DNA from: Phoronis australis
Taxonomy: Eukaryota > Animalia > Phoronida
Direction: 5' to 3'
Assembly: GCA_002633005.1 (NCBI GenBank)
Contig: NMRA01000939.1
Location: 27,356-91,355, forward strand
Length of the DNA stretch: 64,000 nucleotides
Under the pieces are notes generated by a model. The model searched no databases. It was not told the DNA's origin and saw only the letters and a list, made by a program, of their open reading frames with translations. The first letter of the stretch is position 1. Every line of letters starts with the position of its first letter. Below, in pieces: positions 51,701 through 64,000 of the stretch. Position numbers and translations under genes: made by a program.

Positions 51701-54700
51701 AAACACGTTTTATATTTTTCTCTTTGCATTAAGAATTTTCCAATGCTGATTTGTGTAAACGTCACATTGCCTGGTAACGATTTTGTCTCGCACAGACATC
51801 ACTTTCTCCAAAGTTTCCAATTGGATCGTGGATCTGCTGATTTGTACAGGAAGAGTTTTAGCACCTTCTGGACACTTGATACTGTTCAATTTCAACGACA
51901 ATAAAATTATAAGACTGAATATACTCACAAATAACTCCAACTGTTCGTTGCCATGGAAATATGAAAAATAAGAAAATACTTTTACAACTTAAGGGCACTG
52001 ATTTCAGCATTTTCATCGATTTAAGTAGTGAACAACAGTCATACAATACAATGTTATTGATTGTACATCGAAGGCATTGCTTACACGTACGTAAATACAT
52101 AAGTGAACAATGAAAAGTGTCGTGCGTTTAACCAATTCTGTATAACCGAAAATTTGCTCCCGAAGTACAGCCAAATTCATAAGTAAAAACAGTCATATTA
52201 TTAATTTTTAACACTTTTGCTAACATCTCATCTTGGCGTTTTGAGAAAACTTCGCGTTTGTTCGGCAACAATTTTAACCCTTTCTGATTTGAAAATTTGT
52301 GTTCTTCGATTGGGTTTGCTTGTAAGAAAGTCTCGAAAACGAACGTTTTGCAGGTTTTGATTAATAATCTTAATAAATGACATTACTCTTCATCAGAGTG
52401 AACTATCACATAATCTCGCCGTAGCTCTAAAATTAAAACAACTTACCGTCTGTTTGAGATTGGCACGTCAAGAATGGCATGAAACAAAAATATACAAAAC
52501 AATGGATAAGAGATAAACGAAACTACTATTATTTCAGTTTAAAGGGCTTCGGCGCTAATTGGTTAGTTCCCCGCAGTTTTTTATCGTCTTATTTACTGTT
52601 CGAAAGGCAACAATACTATTAATCGAGTTAACTATTGAATAGGGTTGAGGCCTCGTTATATTGCTTGCATGATTGTCTTACACCCGAGTCGTTGACCCAT
52701 TGTTGTTGCTTGTCCAAGGAAATGTGTGGTAGTACATGTGCTTATGGTAAATTGATTCTAGCTGGTAAAGATAATACTTACGGGCTGTTGTCGGCAACAG
52801 TCGAAGAGTAATTATGAAAAAAAAAACAAATAATTAGTGTTGGCGTTCAGGGGGTAGAAATGATTCCATGGCGGCCTCGCCTCTAACGTCCAACTGTCAT
52901 CATCTAAATTCCAATCCCGAACCAGGAGACACTAAGTCGGCAGTAGAAATCCCAGACCCGCCTCCCTAAACATGCACGCACTGAAAATGCTCAATACAGG
53001 GTGACCAGATTTAAATCCCAGGGGCCAAACTACAATCCGGGGATGAGTCTGGTTCCCCGGACAGGAGTTTCTTGCTCAGAACTCAGTAGAATTTGGTCAC
53101 CTGATATGGACATTTTAAATGCGTGTTTGGAGTGGCGCGGGTGTGGGATTCCATGTACCGTCCTGTCCGTTTGATATCGCTAGTCGGGACAGGGGTTTAA
53201 GGCGAAGTTAGAGTCGCGGCCATGGAACCGTTTCCTGTTTTTTTTATCAGTCGATACATTGAAAGAAATAAAGATAATGTCTCAGGAGCAAAGGTCTCGT
53301 GAAATTGTATTTCATGTAATTGAATTGAACCGTAAAATATCAAGGCTTGGTTGCATAAAAGTTGTACCCTGGATTGCAAAAATGACGCCGTATTATCACG
53401 CATCTCGTCATTGTTGAACAATGCGCTTGATGCCCTGCAATAATCCACCAATGGATAAGTTTTGAAGTTTTATACAAGCTAGACACGTTTTTAAACACCA
53501 CAGAGTACACAGGTTCGAGACAGAGTCCCGGATGACTCGATATTTTCCTTCCCACAATTCAGAGGACTTCAGAAACTTTAACGATACTCTTTATGATTCA
53601 TTTTAGTCAAAATTTCATAAAACGCATTTTAACACAAGTGAGTTCAGTCGAAAATTAAGCCCAAACACTGTTCATTTAATCAACTCCAAATATTTTCAAA
53701 TTGAATTTAGGTTGGTTTTCATTTTGGTGGTGTACCACCACCTAAAATGACCGCCGTTTTGAATGACAGCTGACTCGAGCATTATGGGTACTCATTCATT
53801 TGCCGCGGCCATATGTAATGATTTTCGGCGGAAACCCCGCCCACATTTAAAAATATAAAAATTAATGATAAAATAAGGAAAATTCAAACATGGTTGAAAG
53901 TTACAAAATGTTCACATTTCATTGATATCTTTGGACTGACTAAATTCATCCTGTGTTCTGAATTGGTGAATGTAAACGAAGCAGTATCAGATTATTTAAT
54001 TTAAAGGCGGTGATTAACAGCTGTCTGTGAAATCTGCAATTTCCAAACAGTGATTCATGGGGATAGAGGGGAGTGTATGAGTAAAAAGCGTGAATATTTA
54101 TTTAAACATTGGATTGTAATACACAGCCACTAATACTAGAATAAATTGGGTTTTGCCCAGAGAGGTACTTCGAGGCTTAGACCCACTTGAATTAAACGCA
54201 CTGGAGAAATTTAAAATGATTACATTCTGCAATGAAAGGTAATACAATTAAAACTGCATTCCACCTCTGTTAAGTTGCCAATGTTGAATTCTAAATCGAA
54301 GCTCTCTGAGCTCGCCACGCTCACCCGATCTTGAATCGTGGTAGAATGAGCAGGTAAGTCAAGTCACAGACAATGCGTAAATACGTCATTTTCGAATCAG
54401 TAGTTATAGGGTTGGCCAACTGCAATGAACTCATAAGCGTTTCCTTGAGTCTCTGATGGTCTCGAGGTTTTCTTTGATAACAGAAAGGGAATCAAATCAC
54501 GGTAAAGAATATTATCGGGTCGATTTTATAAACAGTATGGGCCTTATTCGATTTTTTCATTTTAGCCTCCAAAACAGGGCGAAATGCAGCTCGGTAATTC
54601 CCCGTGTATTTGTCACGAGTAAAATACTCACGCCTTGGTGCCAGACGCAGGCTCGTGGTCGATTCTTTGTGGGGTTGAAATATTTTTTACATCGCAAACA

Positions 54701-57700
54701 GTGCCTCAGCTTAGGGTCATAGCGGGGGCTATTGCAAAAATTCCCTCTGGGAGAAGACTCTGCAGAACTAGCCGATTCACTTCCACTGGCGTCGGAAATG
54801 GAAGTTATGTCGTTGAAAAGGGATTCTGTAAAAGTGAACGATTGTTTCATGTCAGTGTCTAACAGAATGGTCAAATACGTTGTGTGTAATGACTCAGGGG
54901 GTCTAACATGTCGCCTAATCACATTCTAGGAGGAGGCAGTGTGGCTTAGTGTGATAAGTGCCCGAGGTCGTGGGTTCGAGTCCCACTGGGTCACACTGTT
55001 AAATCCTTGACATGCCCAGCCTTTAATATGGGGGGGGCTCGAATTCCTAACGTTGTGGACCTTTTTGGTAACAAAATAGCCGGCGGACTAAAAAAAGGGG
55101 CGCACTTCTGTGATTTGCGCGTTTTGTGCTTGTTTAGTGGACTTTTGTCTCATTTTCTCGGACTTTTTGTTTCTAGCTCCTCAGTTCGGTTTTAACTATA
55201 TATTAATAAAGCATAAAAATGGCTCCAGGTGATTAGTGCAATGGGCCCACGTGCGCGCCCTGCGCACGTTTGGTAAAACGTGTATCAGACCCCTGCATTT
55301 ATTTTTTTATTATAATCACAATCTACAAAAGTCATAAAATGTGATGGCCAACACGGTAACATTTTTGATGGTATCCGGCTTAAGGGGACAGGGCCCCTCG
55401 ATCATTCCTAACTCCGCTTAATGCATAGTCACACATTTTTCTTTGAAGTACACAAATGGTATATGTCATCAGGCACAAGTTGTGACGCGCTAAAATCGTG
55501 ACAGTTTGGGAGGCGATTGATGACCTAAATTGCCATAGTGCACCATTTGTTTGAATTTCATCCTGCCAGGCATAAAACAAGCAGGTAATGATACGTTTTG
55601 AGCTTCACTACGGTCTTGAAACTCTGCAAAGTTCACATCTTTAATTACTTCACCTGATAAACGCAAAATAAAAACAAAGCAAGATTCCGCATTAGAATTC
55701 ATACATTTAGCGACACAATATCCACCACTCGGAACGTGTACGGACAGTGTCGCCATAAAAAAACAAATGGTGTACGTGTAACATACAGTTAGATGCGTAC
55801 CTTTGCTTAGTTCAAACTTCTGCTTGTGTTGTCTGATTTGTTCTCGCTCTTCATGCTGGAGTCGCACGTGCTCATTCAATATATCGTGCCTGTGTTGTTC
55901 CACGGTGGCGTTTAATTTTCTCAAGTTCTTCACAACCTGAGATGGAGAAAGAGCGATGAGTCTTCTATATGTCATACACTCAAATTAAATACATGGTTTT
56001 GTATGTACGATTGCAGTTTGGGTAAGGTTATTTATTTTCCACGCGGAGTAAGGATTTTTTTCTGTATGAATGGTCACAAATTAACCGCACCAACCAGTTG
56101 TCATGTCGCATACTATTCAATGTGTTCTTAAAGGAGCACTCAGATCACTTTTGGTTATTGAAACGTTTTCACTGCTACGGAGATTTTACCAGCAGAAAAC
56201 TTTCCATTACTTCTCGGCTATTTTTGTGAAAAGAAAAAAACGTTAGTTACGCTTTTGCAGTGAGATTTTCGGTACCAAATTGAAAATGGCCACCAACTAG
56301 CTGGACTGAGGGACTGAGATCCATCAACCCACACGTAGAGATCTAAACGGTTTCTAATGACGGGGATTTAAATGTTCTTACCTCTCCTCTAAGTTTCCTT
56401 TCTAAACATCTTTTATTTTTCTGATGTGTAAAGAGATCGCGGTACAGCGTTCTATAACCACAAGCATCACAGCTGACGTGCCGAAAGTCGCACTCATTTT
56501 CGTGTTGCGTTGCCAGATGTCGCTTCGGGGTCACTTTGCATCCAAGACACTCGTTGGCACACCGGACAGGCGCATTGGGACACTCCTTTTTAACGTGGTT
56601 GTCCATATCTCTCATTAAAATTGTTTTGTCGCACTTGTAAGCGCACCGGAGTTCAATGTTCGATAATTTTGTAGTTAACTCATCCGGCGGTTTTTCTGGT
56701 GTCTCGTTCAGTGGTGTTGAGCACGTGGGACACTCGCGAGAATACTTTGACTGGAGCCTTTTCTTTATACATGGAAAACAAAACACGTGGGGACACGCGT
56801 TTGTGACTGGATTTACGAAGACTTTATTGCACAGGTCGCATAATAANAAATCGTCATAGTCCACCATTTGTGTGAATTTCATCCTGCCAGGCATAAAACA
56901 AGCAGGTAATGATACGTTTTAAGCTTCACCAGCGTCTTGAAACTCTGCAAAGTTCAGGGACCCGTTCCAACAAAACTGTCTTAGCTAAGACAAATCTTAA
57001 ATTTTAGTAGATTTTAAAATAAAAGTTAAATTTGTCTCAAAACCAAATCAAGAGAGAAATCTTAAGTTTGACTTAAGTGTATGAGCCAAGCTTTGTCTTA
57101 ATTTTGTCTAACTTTCCAAATGTGGAAGTTTCAAAGTTTGGAAGTTAAGACAAATCTTAGACTTAAGTCAAAAATGAACTTAAGTCAGTTTCTTGGAACA
57201 GGCGATCTTTAATTTTTTCCCATGATAAACGCAAAATAAAAACAAAGCAAGATTCCGCATTAGAATTCATACATTTAGCGACACGATATCCACCACTCAG
57301 GACGTGTACGGACAGTGTCGCCATAAAAAAAAACAAATGGTGTACGTGTAACATACAGTTAGATGCGTACCTTTGCTTAGTTCAAACTTCTGTTTGTGTT
57401 GCCTGATTTTTTCTCGCTCTTCATGCTGGAGTCGCACGTGCTCATTCAATATATCGTGCCTGTGTTGTTCCACGGTGGCGTTTAATTTTCTCAAGTTCTT
57501 CACAACCTGAGATGGAGAAAGAGCGATGAGTCTTCTATATGTCATACACTCAAATTAAATGCATGGTTTTGTATGTATGATTCCAGTTTGGGTAGGGTTA
57601 TTTATTTTCCACGCGGAGTAAGGATTTTTTTCTGTATGAATGGTCACAAATTAACCGCACCAACCAGTTGTCATGTCGCATACTATTCAATGTGTTCTTA

Positions 57701-58467
57701 AAGGAGCACTCAGATCGCTTTTGGTTATTGAAATGTTTTCACTGCTACGGAGATTTTACCAGCAGAAAACTTTCCATTATTTCTCAGCTATTTTTGTGAA
57801 AAGAAAAAAACGTTAGTTACGCTTTTGCAGTGAGATTTTCGGTACCAAATTGAAAATGGCCACCAACTGGCTGGACTTAGGGAAGATCCATCAACCCACA
57901 CGTAACCCAAACGGTTTCCAATGACGGGGATTTAAATGTTCTTACCTCTCCTCTAAGTTTCCTTTCTAAACATCTTTTATTTTTCTGATGTGTAAAGAGA
58001 TCGCGGTACAGCGTTCTATAACCACAAGCATCACAGCTGACGTGCCGAAAGTCGCACTCATTTTCGTGTTGCGTTGCCAGATGTCGCTTCGGGGTCACTT
58101 TGCATCCAAGACACTCGTTGGCACACCGGACAGGCGCATTGGGACACTCCTTTTTAACGTGGTTGTCCATATCTCTCATTAAAATTGTTTTGTCGCACTT
58201 GTAAGCGCACCGGAGTTCAATGTTCGATAATTTTGTCATTAGCTCATCCGGCGGTTTTTCTGGTGTCTCGTTCAGTGGTGTTGAGCACGTGGGACACTCC
58301 CGAGAATACTTTGACTGGAGCCTTTTCTTTATACATGGAAAACAAAACACGTGAGGACACGCGTTTGTGACTGGATTTACGAAGACTTTATTGCACAGGT
58401 CGCATAATAAATCCGGCTCCACATCGCCAACAATTCTACTGGGGTCCAGTCCTGGCATGATGAACAT
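48706..58467 (-). CDS. RING finger / TRAF-type zinc finger / coiled-coil protein with C-terminal CHORD-like Cys/His domain (RNF151/RNF41/PDZRN3-like N-terminus; putative E3 ligase)
   Basis: Exons 57946-58467 (ATG 58467 or 58458; RING CDLC...CPHVFCFPC...CPTC and TRAF-type fingers), 57371-57506 (coiled coil), 54632-54858 (Ser-rich, CLRC...ACVWHQG), microexons 52782-52784, 52447-52449, 51929-51940, 50994-50996, 50026-50028, last exon 48706-48879 (TCHFCGRLDVQPGCVTGYH, acidic tail, TAG). Splice phases are consistent. Confidence 0.8.
50026..50028 (-). CDS. 3-nt microexon (Gly)
   Basis: ttctttccttttcatgtttccttcctccgtccatacggttttgctacag|GGG|gtaagt. Confidence 0.75.
50994..50996 (-). CDS. 3-nt microexon (Gly)
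   Basis: tttcatttcttttccatgtcttcgcatctggaaatcacgacgatag|GGA|gtgagt. Confidence 0.7.
51929..51940 (-). CDS. 12-nt microexon (LELF)
   Basis: ttttcttatttttcatatttccatggcaacgaacag|TTGGAGTTATTT|gtgagt. Confidence 0.78.
52447..52449 (-). CDS. 3-nt microexon (Thr)
   Basis: ttttgtatatttttgtttcatgccattcttgacgtgccaatctcaaacag|ACG|gtaagt. Confidence 0.75.
52782..52784 (-). CDS. 3-nt microexon (Pro)
   Basis: ctaattatttg-(T-run)-cataattactcttcgactgttgccgacaacag|CCC|gtaagt; branch-like ctaat upstream. Confidence 0.78.
52948..53150. mobile_element. Small nested inverted-repeat element(s)
   Basis: Inner TIR cagggtgaccagattt / aatttggtcacctg (52997-53103) within outer arms aatcccagacccgcc...aaacatgca / tgcgtgtttgg...gcgggtgtgggatt. 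Confidence 0.55.
54928..55012 (+). mobile_element. tRNA-derived SINE
   Basis: ggaggaggcagtgtggcttagtg...ggtcgtgggttcgagtccc; same family as 4075-4192. Confidence 0.7.
55527..58408. repeat. Tandem near-identical duplication (copy A 55527-56846, copy B 56848-58408) joined at a single N; duplicates RING-gene exons 1 (partial) and 2
   Basis: Exon copies 56382-56846 and 55801-55936 versus 57946-58408 and 57371-57506; scattered SNPs; N at 56847 exactly at the junction. Confidence 0.9.
56957..57204. mobile_element. MITE present only in copy B of the duplication
   Basis: Copy A reads aagttcacatcttt; copy B has ~248 bp inserted with inverted ends cccgttccaacaaaactgtcttag / cttaagtcagtttcttggaacagg. 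Confidence 0.8.
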
Positions 58468-61400
58468 GTGTCGGCAACGTTGTTAACCGTATGTCCTGCG
58501 GCATAAGATAATAGTCAGTGAGCAAATTTAATTATAGTGCACAAAAGACCAGTAAAATATTATAAAATAATTGCCTTGCAGTTTATTTCTCAGCGTACGT
58601 GATGTAATGATATACGAATTAAGTAATGAAAACTGTTCAAAAATGGATCCGACAATGCCTACTTATCTGGGCAACTAAGTGCAATGCATTAGCACTAAAG
58701 GCCCTTTCCGGTCTGAGCGGAGCGTCGACGCAAACAGTGCAGTTTACTGGACCGTTCATGCTGGCTTCGATCGAAGTAAACGGTAGGTGATGCAGTCGTC
58801 ATCGAAGTTATCGCAAGGTAGCGCTGCATGCTAAGATTTTTTTCAACGTGACAATTTGGGAACATTTACATGTGCTAATTGACGTTAAACTTATTTTTAA
58901 ATCGATTGGTTATTATTAAAGCAAGATATAAGGAGCTATTAGTGACGGCACTACTAGTATCTCACATTTGCTGGTTCGTTTACCATTTAACTTCTTAGGA
59001 AACATTTAGTGGTTCTGAGGGAAACACTACATTCCACCGTGGAAGTTTCCTCCTTCGCCAGTTTTAAATTGCAATATTTCGTCTTCCTGCCAAAGCGTTA
59101 GTAACGCTTGAAGATTTAGCAAACTTTGCGTGAAGTTGAAAAAATTTGCTCCAATCAAATTTTCGTCATGAGTATCACTTGGTATTGTTCGGTTTCAAGA
59201 CCTGAGTTGCCCGGTAGTTTTTAACATCTTTACGATGGTTAAAATCGGATTCAAGGCCTCTTTAAGAAAAAAGTTTGAATTCAGGTCTTTATTATTCACA
59301 GACACCACGAAGTTAAATGCACCAACTGTTCTATTACAGGATCAAAAATTCGAGTTGTAAACATGTTCATTTAGTGCATTTTAATAACGACACATACATT
59401 AGCCAGCTGAAGTAATGGCGTGTTGTTAGTCATTATTCATATGATCAAGTGGTGATACAGAACATTGAGCCAGCAATTCATTAACTAAGTTCAATTTGTT
59501 TTAAAGTGTATTCACGTGATCGAGTAATTAGGGATAATGTCACATTGATTACTTAGCAAATTTGCATTTTATTGACGTTTTCGTTAATTAAAATGACGAA
59601 AATTGGTCGAATTTGTTACGACTACAGCGCAGTTCAAATAAAGACGTTATCTTATCCGTGTTTACACAGTGTTTACACGCAACGGAGCGCCGCAGGATAC
59701 TGTGTAAACAACAACATAGCATTTTGCAATCGATACTCAATTTATAGTTTGATTTGCCACTTCACCAGCGTTCCGAAAGTGTCCCAAATTCAAAACCACA
59801 GTTCTTTACGAATTCGTTACTACATCTTAGGATCGAAACGCATAAAGTGTTTTTGGCCGTCAAACATTTCATTTAGTCAGCGATAAAAGTTGTGCTACTA
59901 CAAGCTCAGCATTCAATAATCACATCTTTTTTCTTTCTCTCTGTTGTCCCTATCTTTGCTCCACATCATGAAAGGTGAACCTCAGTTATGTTTGTCACTT
60001 GTACGCAGCATCCGACAGTAAAATCTTGTTTTCTGGATGCTCATCCATTTCACACAGCAGTCTTACAGTTTCCAAAGAAAACACGTGCGAACGTCAAATG
60101 ATGTAAATCGATTTTGTTATCTGCGATTAAAAACTTGACTGAACTGAAGTTTTGTAATATATGCAGACAATCGTAAAGATGTGTATTGTGTCAGTTTTAA
60201 AAATAAAATCTTTCAGCACCTCAATTCTTCAAGTCGAGTAGGGCCTAAAAGTGTAAAAATGCCTCAGAGAGCCCGCTAGTTCCTCAGATGTGTAGTGGCC
60301 GGCGTAATCGGATTCACGTTACCACTGTCCCGAACATTAAGTTAGTACAACCATTAGAACTAATTTGAAAAGTCTCGGTAACTTTTTATCGTGACCTAGT
60401 TTTCAGACTTCATCATACCTAGGACCAGAGTATATTACTCTCTGATCATACCTTGGTTATCTCTGGCTTTGGTTTGCTGATTTGTTGTCAACTGGATGCG
60501 TCTTGGTATCTAGTCTCCCCGACTGTTGTCTTTGCTACAACCTACCTGTTGCACATTGAAAATGGTCCGCTGTAGGCCTATGCATGATTTTTTCTAAATC
60601 TAGCCTCAACGTTTATCTCTCATCACCGTATAAACAGTGTGAGTGATGGTCTGTCCAGGTTTGTCGTGCGACTCCAAAACAATTCTTCACGGGCCACTAG
60701 TTATGAATAGATACCAGCGATTACCTAAAACAGATCCGTAAACTTCTAGACGATATCCAGTCATCAACCGTCAGCCAGTTCCGCTGAACAGAAGACTATA
60801 CTTCAGTTTATCATATGCTGTCGTCTGGCACTGCGCTCCTCTAAATCTTCGACGGCTTAATCCGTATAATCCCTCTCGTTCTGACACGGGATTTCATGAT
60901 TGTGAAGCTTACGATGACATTTTTATAACTACATGGGTACCCGTCGAGTGGAGTACAATACGAAATACCCCTTTAAACAGGTTCAAGTGCCTTTCTGAGT
61001 TGGGGAAAGCTTTGTTCACTGCTTTGCTGTAATGGAGCATTTGTGTGTTTATCTAGGAGGAATAGGGTAGTGATAAAAGAAGTATTGGTTAAATAACAAC
61101 CTTTACTCACAATATATGTATTCAGTCAGATCCCGAATGTGTTAGAAGTGAGCTAATGTCAACAGATTACGCGGGCTGTATAGAAACCAGCCCATGATTA
61201 GGCCTGCTTGATTAGTCCATAAAGGCTTGTTATTATAAGTTTGTCAAAAGGCTATAGGGTTATTAACGACGGTATCTTGAGCAAACAAGAAGCTCCCAAC
61301 TCACCAATCGATGCTCCATAATCCTCTATGACTGAAGGATGTTGTGTTACCCAAGAAACACGACTGTTTTCCAATATTTTGTCTAAACACTTTCGTTTAC

Positions 61401-62369
61401 TCAACATGGACTGAAGAGTGGGAAACAGTTGATCGAGTGGTCGTTTAAAGTTTCATATCGCCTTGTTAGCTGGCTAAAAATGAAAATAGAATTAGTTCTT
61501 TTATTCTTTAAAATCGATGCCACAAAAAGATTCTATTCCCGTTACCAAGAAGAACATCGAAACCAGGAGCGACCTTAAAAACCCTTTAGGATTTATTGGG
61601 GTCTGCTAACCCTAAAATTGCGCATTCGAAGATGGCGCATGTAGGCATTGTCTTTGACTTAGCAAATGAAATGGAATCCTATCACGCTAAAGTATGGTAT
61701 GAAGCCGAATCATGAGAAGTCTAATTAGATTTTCGGTGTAAGCAAGCTAAACAGGGCGAAATGCATCTTTAAATCATAGGCGGATTTAGGGGGGGCAGGA
61801 GGCCCGCCCCCCCCCCCCTTGGCTGGCGCAAAAAAATAAAACAGGAAGAGCGTAGGGAAATGTTGAGTTTATTAATTTGCCCCGGTAATCAAAATTATAC
61901 GGATGAAAAAAGATTTGAATGTGTGCAGTTTTAGTGTTTGGGGTGGGGGCTCAGATCCAATTTCAAGTGTCAAATTCGGAACACGGCGCATTCGTAACGG
62001 AACTATGGCTAAGTATAAGCTTTCCCGCGATATCCCAGGCGACCGGCAGTGGCGCTGGGCACTACGACTCCGTTTCCGTCGTCTGCTCCACTGTGCAATG
62101 GAGATTTTTTACTTCATTTTTTAAAGACANGATCTATTATAACCCCCCGAAGGTGAAAATTTGGTGATTACCACCCGGGGCCCCCTCCCAACCCGTGGGA
62201 AATATGAAATTTTAGATGACTTCTCACTGCAATTATTGCATTACAGTTAATTGAAGCTTCCTGTGAAAATGGAGAGTATTTGTGAAATTAGGAAAGGTGG
62301 AAATTATTTGGTTACAGACGCCGGTACAAACCGCTTAGTCAAAGTAAAATTATTTGTATCATGAATATT

Positions 62370-62590
62370 TTATGAAAACACAAAAACCACTAGCTGACAT
62401 AGCTGACATAGCGGCAAAGGCTATTTTTGAATTAACAATGGACATGGATAAATATACTGATATCAATGCCAAAATGTGATTAAGCATGTTTGACACAAAG
62501 ATATTACCCATTATGTCGAGTGGGTTGTGAGATTTGGAGATTGGATCCTGCAAAAAACATTGAAATCTTGCAGAATAATTATTGCAAACT
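62370..62590 (+). mobile_element. Decayed non-LTR retrotransposon ORF2 fragment (RTE-X/L2-like, post-RT region)
   Basis: AKAIFEL...LSMFDTKILPIM / GCEIWRLDPAKNIEILQNNYCK resembles the LFDxxVxPILxYGCEIWG...IExxHxxFCK motif; stop and frameshift present. Confidence 0.6.
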
Positions 62591-63290
62591 GCGACTCGGT
62601 CAGCATAAAATAAAATAACAAACACTCAACCCAAATATTTTTCAAATAATTAATTAAATAAAAATCAAGTTCAAGGGGTTTTCTAAGTTGCGCAATGTCG
62701 TAAAACAAGGACTACTTTACGACTTTTTGGCAAACTGTCGAACCCAAATATTGATTTTGCTTGAGTTTTTGTTATTATAGCGCATGACAACAAATTTCAT
62801 GACATTATATTAAACAGAGGAAAATTCATGTACAGATATTAAGTGTGACTTGATTTAAATGTCAAATTTAAATTCGCTAAAGAAGAAACTTAGAGTTTTA
62901 TTGTCTCATAAAATCGCAGGTCTCATAATATCCGTTACTCCTGATGTTCTTGCTGGTAGCGGATATAGAATACAATTACTATCGCGGTAAGGAAATTTAT
63001 TAGCCTGGTTTTTTAAGAGTTAAAGGCTTAAATCGATTTTCGTTTTATCTACCTACACAAGGTTTTTTAAAATTATGTCTTTAATTTTAAACACCCGGAA
63101 ACTTTCAGTCAGAAAAGCTGAATTTTTTACCTCTGAGCATTTTCGTGATGAAATCATTAAGCAACATATTTTATAAGTCACATGTTTTATTTCAAAACGC
63201 TAAATACACGACACCGAATAGTTAGGAGAATAATATATAACTCCAATATTGAAGATAACTTCAAAAACACGCTCCGAAAAGGTAACTGGT

Positions 63291-63430
63291 GCTAATGGTT
63301 TTCCGTTGTTTGTGCTGCCACGGAGTGTGCCAAAGGCACGCTAATGGTTTTCCGTTGTTTGTGCTGCCACAGAGTGGGCCAAAGGCACACTAATGGTTTT
63401 CCGTTGTGACAGAGTGGGCCAAAGGCACGG
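63291..63430. repeat. ~49-bp tandem repeat, 3 copies
   Basis: ctaatggttttccgttgtttgtgctgccac(g/a)gagtg(t/g)gccaaaggcac. Confidence 0.85.
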
Positions 63431-64000
63431 AGATTATAACGTGCGAAATAGACTTTGAACAAAGCGTTGGTACTGTAACAGAATTGTGTTCAACTTATTA
63501 AACGTAGAATTATACGGTACATGAAGTTCTTATGAATAGCCGATTTTGTTTCACGTCTAAGACCAAGTACGGTAAAATCTCGTCAATTTCGGTACAAATG
63601 ACGGCAAGAATTGCCCTTTTCATTTTCAGAAGCCTCTAACGCTGTTGCCAATGTCCACATTTTGTCAAAACATTGTGCAGTTTTTTAATAATGTATGCAA
63701 AAAAATAAATCACAGATCTGCTGCCGTTTGAAACGTACAGTTGTGATGCAGTCATTTCGGCTGTAGGCTAATGTTATTGAAAAGAGCGATAGTGGCAGAC
63801 TGCTGTAAATGGATACGGTAATTCACTTGTTTTGCACAAAAAGGTATTCAAGTTTTCCATTTTCCTCAGATCGCTTTGCAACTGCAACAACGACGTCTTG
63901 TGATGTCGGCCTTTTGTAGTGTATTTCGTTGTCATGAACTTCTTGCGCCTTTTTCTCATGTCGATTTTCGCTGTCGATCATTACTCAGTGACACTATGTT

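Noticed and set aside
54320-54332. Candidate 5-nt microexon (aag|ATCGG|gtgagc, minus strand)
   Set aside because: AAG acceptor, weak pyrimidine tract, frameshifting, and inside a MITE.
56343-56894. 183-aa RING ORF as an independent paralogous gene
   Set aside because: Its apparent start is intronic sequence read across the N junction; it is the truncated duplicate of exon 1.
63774-63959. 61-aa basic ORF at window end
   Set aside because: No recognisable domain or splice context; cannot be supported from this window.

Overview
Intron-rich, AT-rich animal genomic DNA, probably a marine invertebrate (species not determinable from sequence alone). Five spliced genes can be reconstructed by eye: (1) the 3' part of a BIRC6/UBE2Z-type ubiquitin-conjugating (UBC) gene, + strand, 687-5120; (2) DRG1 GTPase, +, 10543-24163; (3) GPS1/CSN1, COP9 signalosome subunit 1, -, 25987-38575; (4) NUDT1/MTH1, +, 38683-45731, head-to-head with GPS1, with its ATG apparently split by a 5-kb intron; (5) a RING/TRAF-zinc-finger/coiled-coil protein ending in a CHORD-like Cys/His domain, -, 48706-58467. 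The most striking observation is in gene 5: a chain of five consecutive phase-0 microexons (3, 3, 12, 3 and 3 nt; P, T, LELF, G, G), each with a perfect GTRAGT donor, which together fill the middle of the CHORD-like domain. Introns and intergenic DNA are dense in MITEs, tRNA-derived SINEs, decayed retroelements and minisatellites. A 1.3-1.5 kb tandem duplication joined by a single N is probably an assembly/haplotype artefact. All gene models are manual splice-site inferences without transcript data.
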